Positions 8,396-16,014 of a stretch of DNA of 64,000 nucleotides are shown here, piece after piece. The DNA is from Candidatus Thermosaccharophagus gerlachensis. GTDB lineage: Bacteria; Armatimonadota; Fervidibacteria; Fervidibacterales; Thermosaccharophagaceae. The stretch's first letter is position 1. Each line of letters opens with the position of its first letter. Both the position numbers and the translations under genes were made by a program. The notes beneath the pieces are model-generated. The model had not been told where the DNA came from. It worked only from the letters and a program-made list of their open reading frames with translations, and did not search any database. The stretch lies in NCBI GenBank assembly GCA_041538025.1, contig JBGOEV010000005.1:12123-76122 (forward strand), in the 5' to 3' direction.

Positions 8396-10204
8396 ATGCA
8401 ATGTAGCAAGCGTTGCAGGAACACAACATTCTTCATTGTGGCATTGCTTGTAACATGGCTATGCAATTGTTTGGATGCAAGATGTGAGATCATAACCTCG
8501 CTCAAGTTAAGCTTGAGGAAGGTTTCAGCCACTTGTATTGAGCTTTTATCCAACAACGAAGTAATCCTGCGTGTTAGGCACGAGAATGCAAGGCTATGTG
8601 AGGAGGCAGCAAACAAGCTTTTCAAGGCATTGCATGAAGCCTTAGCATCACTTGCGACCGATAAAGCAGTCACTGTTGAGAAGGCAGTTGGTGGCTATTC
8701 AATTTACATTGGAGGTCGCCACGCCCTCTTTGTTGACCATGCTATGGCTCGCTCATCAAGAAGCCTTCCTCAGGCACTTGCGAACCTCATTGCGACTCGT
8801 TTAAAGGAGTTACTTAAGCGCCCATACTTGGTTGCACCAGTTGAGAAGGTTTTGATAGGTGTTAATGAAGCGTATGTGATAGCGCTCTCTGGGACTGCTA
8901 CAGGTGAGTGGAAATTCTCTGTCACTCCGCGTGAGTGTGCCCACATCTCCTTTGATGCAGCAACAAAGACTTTGCGTATAAGCGCTTTGAAGCCGGCAGA
9001 TGGGAGGGTAAGCATAAGCTGTGGCGAAGCCTCTCTGTCACTTACCCTGAAAATAATGGAGAGAGCTATGAGGCTATTGCGGAAACCAATCGCCATGGTC
9101 TATGGCGCGGCGCCAAAAGAGTTCATCACTGAGGCAGCTATCAACGCATTACTTAATTCAATTGAGCTTCAACCGAAAGCCGAACTTGCTTATGAGCTGT
9201 TCTTCACATCAAGGGATACCGATGAACGCCTCTTTACGCGATTGAAGGCACGCGGTGCTTCGTATCTACCATTTGATGCTGAAGTTGAGATACAGACTTT
9301 GCGCATACCACTTGCAATGGAATTCGCAAAATATCTCTCAGTGAGCAACGATCCAGAGCGAATTCATACAGAACAAGTTTTGAAGGCAGGTGTTCTAACG
9401 AGCTCTTTCAAACCGATGCGTTTGCTTTATCACCATGTGAATGTGAGTGGTAGAAAGCTTTGGCTACGCCTTGAGCTTTTCAACTCCTCCGAAGCACCAG
9501 CAAAAATAGTTTTGCGGTTTGCTCGTGGCGGACCAACAAGCGATGAGATACATGCTGGCTATAGCGCTGTGAATTCCTTCCTGAGGAGCTGGTTTAATGG
9601 GACTGCGTTCATCATTGAAGTCCTACCAAAAACCATATATGTTGCTGATGAGCTGGCAGTCCCAAACGGGAACACAGTGACAGGGATTTGGGAGATAGCT
9701 CCAATCTATGGAGAAGGATTGGGCTATCAACTGCGAGCTGTCGCTGAGCCATCTCCTTGGCGTTTGTTGCCTTTGGTGGCAAGGACAATAACAGCGCCCC
9801 CAAGAGTGAGCCACTTTGCCGAACCTATGAAAAGAGTAATCGCAAAACATATTATCGGAGGTAATTGGACATTTGTGCACATAGGACGAGAACCAATAAA
9901 GGGGTTAGAAGGCGAGCACTTACATGGCAACTACGGTGTCATCTATCACATAACTGTCAGCGTGGAAAACAAAAGCGAATTTGAACGCCCTTGCGAACTT
10001 GTGTTTTCACCAAACGCTGGTGTTGCAAGGTTCGTTGGCATAGTTAACGGTAAGCTGTTGTCATCTCCAACAATGAGGGAGAATCAGGAATATGTGCTTC
10101 GCAAGTGGTATGTATCTCCGTTGAGCACCGAGCAAATTGATGTCTACACAATGCCTATACCAGCTTCTTACTACCCAGTTAGCCTCATCATACGTTCTCG
10201 GTAG
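8396..10204 (+). CDS. Hypothetical secreted protein (602 aa), no recognisable domain
   Basis: Long ORF starting 25 nt after lpxD on the same strand. The N-terminus is hydrophobic (TTFFIVALLVTWLCNCLDA). I recognise no family motif. Coding status is supported by length and amino-acid composition. Confidence 0.6.
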   Translation: MQCSKRCRNTTFFIVALLVTWLCNCLDARCEIITSLKLSLRKVSATCIELLSNNEVILRVRHENARLCEEAANKLFKALHEALASLATDKAVTVEKAVGGYSIYIGGRHALFVDHAMARSSRSLPQALANLIATRLKELLKRPYLVAPVEKVLIGVNEAYVIALSGTATGEWKFSVTPRECAHISFDAATKTLRISALKPADGRVSISCGEASLSLTLKIMERAMRLLRKPIAMVYGAAPKEFITEAAINALLNSIELQPKAELAYELFFTSRDTDERLFTRLKARGASYLPFDAEVEIQTLRIPLAMEFAKYLSVSNDPERIHTEQVLKAGVLTSSFKPMRLLYHHVNVSGRKLWLRLELFNSSEAPAKIVLRFARGGPTSDEIHAGYSAVNSFLRSWFNGTAFIIEVLPKTIYVADELAVPNGNTVTGIWEIAPIYGEGLGYQLRAVAEPSPWRLLPLVARTITAPPRVSHFAEPMKRVIAKHIIGGNWTFVHIGREPIKGLEGEHLHGNYGVIYHITVSVENKSEFERPCELVFSPNAGVARFVGIVNGKLLSSPTMRENQEYVLRKWYVSPLSTEQIDVYTMPIPASYYPVSLIIRSR

Positions 10205-10218
10205 AAGTTGCTTTCTTC

Positions 10219-11271
10219 TCACTCTACCTTCTCCCAAGATGTGAGCATTGAGCCACTTATCTTTATTTCGACGCTGACATGAGCCGTTTCATCCTTCACT
10301 TTCTCTTTTTCCTCTATCAAACCTTCCTGACGGAGCAGTTCCTTCGGCACTTCAGCGCTTTGCCCAACATCAAGCGAGAATTTTAGTTCAACCCTTAGTG
10401 GGACCTCGTTTGTAATATCAAAGAATGCTTCGCCATCAATGATAAGGGTTGCGTTTTCAACTTTCATTTTTATCGGCTTCCTCAATTGTGGCAGTTGCGT
10501 GATTGATTCAACATTGGAAATCTCAGACTTAGCCTCTATAGTTAGCAATGCAACTTTTGCTTTCGTAGCCTCGTCAATGCGAACCGATTCAAGCTTGATG
10601 TTCATCTTCACAGGTATTGGTTGTTCCGCAAAAGGTGTTGGGAGCTTAAAATCTCTTTGCCAAGCCTCACCGATAGCTACTTCTTCATCGGGGAAGATAG
10701 GTGGAAGCTGTTCAAAAAATTGCTGAGGATCAAAGTTAGGTATAAAGAACTGAAACCTCTCAAAGCCGATCGCTGAGCTCACTTTCCCATCTGGTCTCAT
10801 CGTTATCATGAGCGGTCCAAAAAGCAGGGCATGGATGCGTTTCCTCTCTGCCTCTGGGAGAGCTTGTGTATCAATCTTGAGCTCGCCTATGGTGACGACC
10901 ATGCGTCCCTCTTCAACGTGCAAGCTCGTTTTTTGACCAAACAGAATGCCGTTTAAATCCATCTCCTTTGCGCGGAGCTCAACCAAGCCATCGCCCTCTT
11001 CGCTAACCATCTTTACAGTCCCGATGAGCGTGCTACGAGCGTCAATCAAGATGTCGCTCTCTATAGTTTTCTTTTCGACCCCGTCTATGGTCAGTTGCAT
11101 CTGACCAGCGATTTTCCCGTCTGTCTGGATGGCATGCTTTCTACCTTGCTCAAATTTGATGTGTAGTTTGACCTTTTCATTCGCTTCGCCAGCAATTACA
11201 CAGGGGGAGTTAGTAAGGCAGGTTAAGAACGCGAAAGCTATCACCAAAATGACTTTCCTCAATCGCTTCAT
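10219..11271 (-). CDS. Hypothetical secreted protein/lipoprotein
   Basis: Start moved to ATG 11271 (MKRLRKVILVIAFAFLTCLTNSPCVIAG, a clear signal peptide) with RBS GGAGGTGG upstream. An extended -10 element, TGCTATAAT, lies at 11318-11326 and would place the TSS downstream of the ORF-track start at 11319. Confidence 0.6.
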   Translation of the reverse strand: MKRLRKVILVIAFAFLTCLTNSPCVIAGEANEKVKLHIKFEQGRKHAIQTDGKIAGQMQLTIDGVEKKTIESDILIDARSTLIGTVKMVSEEGDGLVELRAKEMDLNGILFGQKTSLHVEEGRMVVTIGELKIDTQALPEAERKRIHALLFGPLMITMRPDGKVSSAIGFERFQFFIPNFDPQQFFEQLPPIFPDEEVAIGEAWQRDFKLPTPFAEQPIPVKMNIKLESVRIDEATKAKVALLTIEAKSEISNVESITQLPQLRKPIKMKVENATLIIDGEAFFDITNEVPLRVELKFSLDVGQSAEVPKELLRQEGLIEEKEKVKDETAHVSVEIKISGSMLTSWEKVE

Positions 11272-11317
11272 GCTTATTCCACCTCCATACGGGTTGCAGT
11301 ATGGCTTCGCTTTCACC

Positions 11318-11326
11318 ATTATAGCA
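11318..11326 (-). promoter_or_regulatory. Putative extended -10 promoter element (TGcTATAAT) for the 10219-11271 gene
   Basis: The minus strand reads ..ttgttgTGcTATAATggtg.. about 45 nt upstream of ATG 11271. There is no good -35, which is consistent with the extended -10 class. Confidence 0.3.
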
Positions 11327-11399
11327 CAACAAAACCATCAACTTGGTGGGTAACTGTTGGTGAGCAATATAAGCGCGGTGGTAGGACGCTTTTCCTATT

Positions 11400-12275
11400 T
11401 TAAAGCTCTGCCTCGTCAAGGACTGCTGGAACATACTTGTCCCATCCAAGTGGCATTATGTGGACACCATGACACATATGTTTCATTTGCCTTATTAGCC
11501 TGCCAGCTATCTCTATGCTTTTCTTCGGTCTGTCCTCTTTTGATACCGAAGCAAGTTCCTTTATGAGTTCCTCAGGGACTGTCACGCCTGCCACATTCTC
11601 GTTCATATACCGAGCCATTGCTGGGGACTTTAAAAGGACGATGCCGAGCATTATCGGCACACCAAACTTGCTTGCCCTCTCCATAAAGCGCTCAAAAACG
11701 CTCACATCGTAAACAGCCTGCGTTTGAAAGAACTGTGCTCCAGCTTCAATCTTCTTCTCCATCTTGATCAACTGCAATTCAAGTGGCTCATACCCTGGGC
11801 TTACCACAGCGCCGAGGAAGAATTTCGGTTTGCCATCAAGTTCGTTACCCATCATGTCGTATCCTTCCATGAGCCTTTTTGCCACCTTAAGCAGTTGAAC
11901 AGAATCAAGGTCGAAAACTGGCTTTGCTTGCGGGTGGTCTCCAAGCGTTGTATGGTCGCCAGTTAGACAAAGAACATTTTCAATTCCGAGCACGGCAGCG
12001 CTGAGCAAATCCGACTGTAATGCTATTCTGTTCCTATCACGGCATGTTACTTGAAGTATCGGTTCAAGCCCTCTCTGCTTCAGCAAATAGCATGTGACCA
12101 ACGAGCCAAGACGCATAACTGAGCTTTGTTGGTCTGTGACATTGAAGGCATCAACTCTTTCTTTCAGTTTCTCGGCTTCCTCTAAGACTGGTTCAATGTT
12201 TGTTCCCTTTGGTGGTCCAACCTCTGAAGATATAGCGAATTCACCTCTTTCAAATTTTTCGCTGAGCTTGCTCAT
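11400..12275 (-). CDS. metF: Methylenetetrahydrofolate reductase, acetogen/anaerobe-type MetF
   Basis: FAISSEVGPPKGTNIEPVLEEAEKLKERVDAFNVTDQQSSVMRLGSL...LQVTCRDRNRIALQSDLLSAAVLGIENVLCLTGDH is typical of the short MetF that pairs with MetV. It lies directly downstream of metV. Confidence 0.9.
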   Translation of the reverse strand: MSKLSEKFERGEFAISSEVGPPKGTNIEPVLEEAEKLKERVDAFNVTDQQSSVMRLGSLVTCYLLKQRGLEPILQVTCRDRNRIALQSDLLSAAVLGIENVLCLTGDHTTLGDHPQAKPVFDLDSVQLLKVAKRLMEGYDMMGNELDGKPKFFLGAVVSPGYEPLELQLIKMEKKIEAGAQFFQTQAVYDVSVFERFMERASKFGVPIMLGIVLLKSPAMARYMNENVAGVTVPEELIKELASVSKEDRPKKSIEIAGRLIRQMKHMCHGVHIMPLGWDKYVPAVLDEAEL

Positions 12276-12314
12276 AGCGCATCATCCCTTCCGAAATTGG
12301 TTGATTAGGTTTCT

Positions 12315-12989
12315 TCATTTCGCTCTCCTTTCAAGAGCCCAAAGAGAAGAGCTCCGAAGCTGTGGGCTTGGGATGTATTTTTGGAAGTCCTTTGGCTGGA
12401 CATACTTCTTAAGCAAGTCAAGCCTTCCAATGCGCTTTAAGCGCTCATAAATCAAATACCATCCGCAGTCAAGCTCTTTATCAACTTCGCATTTCCCATT
12501 GTTAGTTCCACCACATGGTCCATTGAGCAACGACTTCGCACAAAGAGTTATCGGACAAAGCCCACCCGTTAGGTAAAGCAGGCAATCACCACATTGGTTG
12601 CACCTTTCCGTTGATTGCCATACACCAGCAACACCCCTCATCGGGAGGGTGTTAAAGGCTGGGTAAGCAACCTTATCAACCGTATTTGCGACTGCTTGCA
12701 CTCCAACACCACACGAGAGCACAAGCATGCAATCTGCCTCGTTTAGTTCGTTGATATGCCTCCCGATATGTATCCCAACCAATGCCTTGTTGCAAAGGAA
12801 TTCGATGAGCGCGCTTCCCGTTATCTTTTTCCCGTTGCTCTCAAGCAGCTCCTTCATTTCAAGCACCTTTTGTTCTCCACCTACCTCAGCTCCAACTGGA
12901 CAGCCACCACACGCAACAATGAATATTGCCCTTTCATCTTGCAGGAAGGCGAGTATCTCATCTTTTGGTTTCGGCTCAACAAGGATCAT
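12315..12989 (-). CDS. metV: MetV, Fe-S subunit of methylene-THF reductase (MTHFR C-terminal-domain family)
   Basis: The Cys-rich C-terminal half is CNQCGDCLLYLTGGLCPITLCAKSLLNGPCGGTNNGKCEVDKELDCGW, matching the MetV zinc-ribbon/Fe-S signature. RBS GGAGGGG is present. The start is 3 nt after the protease stop. Confidence 0.8.
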   Translation of the reverse strand: MILVEPKPKDEILAFLQDERAIFIVACGGCPVGAEVGGEQKVLEMKELLESNGKKITGSALIEFLCNKALVGIHIGRHINELNEADCMLVLSCGVGVQAVANTVDKVAYPAFNTLPMRGVAGVWQSTERCNQCGDCLLYLTGGLCPITLCAKSLLNGPCGGTNNGKCEVDKELDCGWYLIYERLKRIGRLDLLKKYVQPKDFQKYIPSPQLRSSSLWALERRAK

Positions 12990-12992
12990 CTT

Positions 12993-13487
12993 TTACCCCT
13001 CCGCATTTTGTGTCAGCTCAGCCGTTTGACTTAGCATCATTGCAGTTTGCTTTACAGCCATAACATACTCATCCATGCGCTCAGCGAGCTGTGGTGATAT
13101 TTCAAGTGAGGGTTTGATAGAATGGATTTGAATCCCAATGAGGGTGGCGTTGATTTCTTTTCCTGTGGAGAGCTCTATCATTTTAAGTGCATGGAAGATA
13201 TCAAACTCGTGAAGTGAAAGTGGTGCACGGTGATCATCTTTCAAAAGTTCCTTAACTTGGATTTTGACCACATCACCAGCTTGCATACCTGAATCAACTG
13301 CATCAACGATAATCAGTGACTCAGCATTCTCAAGCAACGGAGATGCAGCTAATCCCGATGTCCCAGCATCTACAATTTCAACGCCTTCTGGGAGACCGCT
13401 TTTTGAAACCTCGTTCACGACATGCACACCGATACCGTCGTCGCCCATCAAGATGTTTCCTACACCTACAATGAGCACCTTAGCCAA
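12993..13487 (-). CDS. [NiFe]-hydrogenase maturation endopeptidase (HyaD/HybD/HoxM family)
   Basis: Carries VLIVGVGNILMGDDGIGVHVV, IVDAGT, IIVDAVD and LSLHEF. The ORF-track start (13559) overlaps the large subunit by 80 nt. I place the start at TTG 13487, with GAGGAGG 9 nt upstream, overlapping the large-subunit TAA. This gives about 165 aa, the normal family size. GTG 13478 is an alternative. Confidence 0.85.
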   Translation of the reverse strand: MAKVLIVGVGNILMGDDGIGVHVVNEVSKSGLPEGVEIVDAGTSGLAASPLLENAESLIIVDAVDSGMQAGDVVKIQVKELLKDDHRAPLSLHEFDIFHALKMIELSTGKEINATLIGIQIHSIKPSLEISPQLAERMDEYVMAVKQTAMMLSQTAELTQNAEG

Positions 13488-15009
13488 TGAGATTAACCTC
13501 CTCAATTTTTGAATCAGAGAGGTTAACCAGATGGACGGCACATGCAAGGCATGGGTCAAATGAGCGCACTATGCGCACTATCTCAAACGGGTTCTCCGGG
13601 TCTCTGACCTTTGTTCCCACGAGTGCTTGTTCAATTGCCCCATGCTGGTTTGTATCATCCATTGGTGATGCATTCCATGTTGTGGGAGAGATGATGCTAT
13701 AGTTTGCTATAGTGCCCCTTTCAATCTTGGTGAAGTGTGCAAGGCAACCCCGTGGTGCATCAACAAGCCCAACACCGTTAGCCTCTTCAGGCAATTCATA
13801 CGGTATGAAAGCTGGCTCATCTGGCTTCAGCCTATAGACCCAATCAACAAGCGCTTCTGCGATGAGCTTCGCTTCAACAGCCCTCGCTATAATGCGCCCC
13901 ATCACGGAAAACATCGCATCAATACCGACAGGGAGTTCGCTCAAGATGGCATTTAAACACTCCACTACTGCTTTGTTACCAGAGGCATAGTTTACGAGTA
14001 GCCTCGCAAGCGGTCCAACCTCATGTGCTAAGCCTTTATAGCGCGGTGCCTTGATGAACGAATATGCACCATCTTTCTTTGGGCTCGCTGTCCCGTCCTC
14101 TTCATACCATGAGTAGCGAACCGATTCGCTTATGTTGCTGAGATCATCAAGTGGCATGTAGTTCAGCGATTCATCGGTGCTCCCTTGCCTCAAAAGTCTC
14201 TCACGCTTCGTATAGTCCGCTTCACTACCGATGTCAAAGAAACCGAATGTGAGCATCCTTTTGCATCCTATGCCTATAGTGAAGTAGTCGCTGTATGACT
14301 TCGCAACCTTTATCACATCTGGAATGTATGCGTTCTCAATGAACTGCAACAGTTCCTTAGCACGCCAAGCGAATGATGCTATCTTGTCAACTGTTGGGGT
14401 GCATGTGACGCCTCCAGCTACTATTCCAGCCTGTATTGGAGTCCTTCCACCAAACAAGCTAAGCATGTCATGGGCTTTCTTTCGCATTTGGAAAGCCTGC
14501 AAGTAGTGCAACAGGAGGGCTTTGTTATCTTCATCGTTGAGCCTGTAATCGCCTTCGTAGCGTGGCAAGAAGGGCGAAAGTTGATTGCCAGAGAGGAAGC
14601 GCCTAAGGTTATCAAAGTCATTCTCGGTGTAGTTTGTAGCCCTCTTTATGTCGGCATAATCAAGCGAGCATAGATGATAGAAGTGGAGGATATGGTTGTG
14701 GACGTATTCAGAACCAAGTATGAGGTTGCGCAATATGCGCCCGTTGTCTGGTATCTTGTCTGCGATACCGAATGCTGAATCCAAGCAAAGTGCAGATGCA
14801 GTTCCATGTGGCACTGGGCACACTCCGCACACTCTCTGCGTAATCCTTACAGCGTCTCGTGGGTCTCGCCCGCGCAGGATCAGTTCAATGCCGCGATAGA
14901 GCACCCCGCTACTCCTTGCATCAACGATGGTGTTATTGTCGTCAAGCAAGACCTCAATCTTCAAATGACCTTCAATCCTCGTCATTGGGTCTATGATTAT
15001 TTTCTGCAT
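13480..15009 (-). CDS. [NiFe]-hydrogenase large (catalytic) subunit
   Basis: Contains IDPMTRIEGHLKIEV. The N-terminal Ni-Fe ligand motif is RVCGVCPVPH. The C-terminal motif is DPCLACAVH, followed by a 16-aa tail (LVNLSDSKIEEVNLIG) of the kind removed by the maturation protease. There is no in-frame TGA. Confidence 0.95.
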   Translation of the reverse strand: MQKIIIDPMTRIEGHLKIEVLLDDNNTIVDARSSGVLYRGIELILRGRDPRDAVRITQRVCGVCPVPHGTASALCLDSAFGIADKIPDNGRILRNLILGSEYVHNHILHFYHLCSLDYADIKRATNYTENDFDNLRRFLSGNQLSPFLPRYEGDYRLNDEDNKALLLHYLQAFQMRKKAHDMLSLFGGRTPIQAGIVAGGVTCTPTVDKIASFAWRAKELLQFIENAYIPDVIKVAKSYSDYFTIGIGCKRMLTFGFFDIGSEADYTKRERLLRQGSTDESLNYMPLDDLSNISESVRYSWYEEDGTASPKKDGAYSFIKAPRYKGLAHEVGPLARLLVNYASGNKAVVECLNAILSELPVGIDAMFSVMGRIIARAVEAKLIAEALVDWVYRLKPDEPAFIPYELPEEANGVGLVDAPRGCLAHFTKIERGTIANYSIISPTTWNASPMDDTNQHGAIEQALVGTKVRDPENPFEIVRIVRSFDPCLACAVHLVNLSDSKIEEVNLIG

Positions 15010-15043
15010 CCAATTCTCAACCCCCTCACCATGAGCCTCTTAC

Positions 15044-15955
15044 TTAACCCATCTTATGGCACAGCTTCCCTGTTGCTTCATCAATTTGGAGCTTCGGCAA
15101 GCGCTCTTCTGAGAAGGGTTCGTAAATCGGAGACATGATGTCAGGGAAGCCCGGCTCACAGCACCCAATGCATGGATGCCCGTTGTCTATGCACCAGTTG
15201 ATGCCGCTGTTCCACTTGCGCAATGGGCAATCGGAGAATGTGACATAACCTTTGCAACCAAGCTCATATAGACATCCTTCCTTACCAAACTCCTTTGCCA
15301 TTCGCCCTGTGTCAAAGTAGCCTCTCCTTGGACAGTTATCGTGGATGAGCTTGCCATAAAAGAGCTTCAAGCGCCCAAGTTCATCAAGCTGGTTTTCCTT
15401 CGGAAGACCAAAGAGCGCAATATAAGCACATGCCCCAACAAACCAATCTGGGTGCGCAGGACACCCCGGAACACATACCGATGGCGTGTCTATCCCGTTC
15501 AAACGCATGAACTCAACGATGCCCATAGCACCAGTTGGGTTTGGTCTTCCAGATGGTATGCCACCAAACGATGCGCAAGTCCCAAGCGCTATGACCGCCA
15601 TTGCGTTTTCAGCCAGCTCAGCAGCATGCTCTTTAAGTGTAATCGGCTTGCCGTCCTTCTCACCGATGGTGCAGAAGAGACCATCTGCTGCCGTCGGTAT
15701 GGCTCCTTCCATAACGAGCACATAACCTTTCTGCAGTTCCTTCTTTGTCTCATTGAGGATCTCTATCACTGCCTCACCGGAGCCTGCCATAAGCGTCATA
15801 TGGAATCGCAAGCTTATGTGCTTCCCCGGGACGAGCTCTTCAAGTAGCAGATTAGCAATTGAGGGATAAATCGCGTTGAGCACGGATATGCTACAACCGG
15901 TGCACGTTGCTCCTTGAAGCCAAACAACGGATATCTCTCCATCCTCTCTCACCAC
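15044..15955 (-). CDS. [NiFe]-hydrogenase small (Fe-S) subunit, no Tat signal
   Basis: Cys ligand pattern: ATCTGCSIS, GTCASFGG, PGCPAHP, HDNCPRRG, CLYELGCKG, SDCP, NWCIDNGHPCIGCCEPGF. The conserved core starts about 10 aa from the N-terminus and there is no RRxF twin-arginine leader. AGGAGG lies at 15966-15961, so GTG 15955 or 15952 is a likelier start than the GTG at 15961. Confidence 0.9.
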   Translation of the reverse strand: MVREDGEISVVWLQGATCTGCSISVLNAIYPSIANLLLEELVPGKHISLRFHMTLMAGSGEAVIEILNETKKELQKGYVLVMEGAIPTAADGLFCTIGEKDGKPITLKEHAAELAENAMAVIALGTCASFGGIPSGRPNPTGAMGIVEFMRLNGIDTPSVCVPGCPAHPDWFVGACAYIALFGLPKENQLDELGRLKLFYGKLIHDNCPRRGYFDTGRMAKEFGKEGCLYELGCKGYVTFSDCPLRKWNSGINWCIDNGHPCIGCCEPGFPDIMSPIYEPFSEERLPKLQIDEATGKLCHKMG

Positions 15956-16014
15956 CAACACCTCCTACTCGGCTACAGCAAGTCTACACAAAACCACGCG
16001 CTTGCGCAAGCCCT

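Noticed and set aside
13488-13559. N-terminal 24 codons of the ORF-track version of the maturation protease (MTHALHVPSIWLTSLIQKLRRLIS).
   Set aside because: This stretch overlaps the conserved C-terminus of the hydrogenase large subunit in another frame. A GAGGAGG-TTG start at 13487 gives the family-typical length and N-terminus (..KVLIVGVGN).
13480-15009. Selenocysteine-containing ([NiFeSe]) hydrogenase.
   Set aside because: The C-terminal ligand motif is DPCLACAVH with ordinary Cys codons, and the reading frame contains no in-frame TGA.
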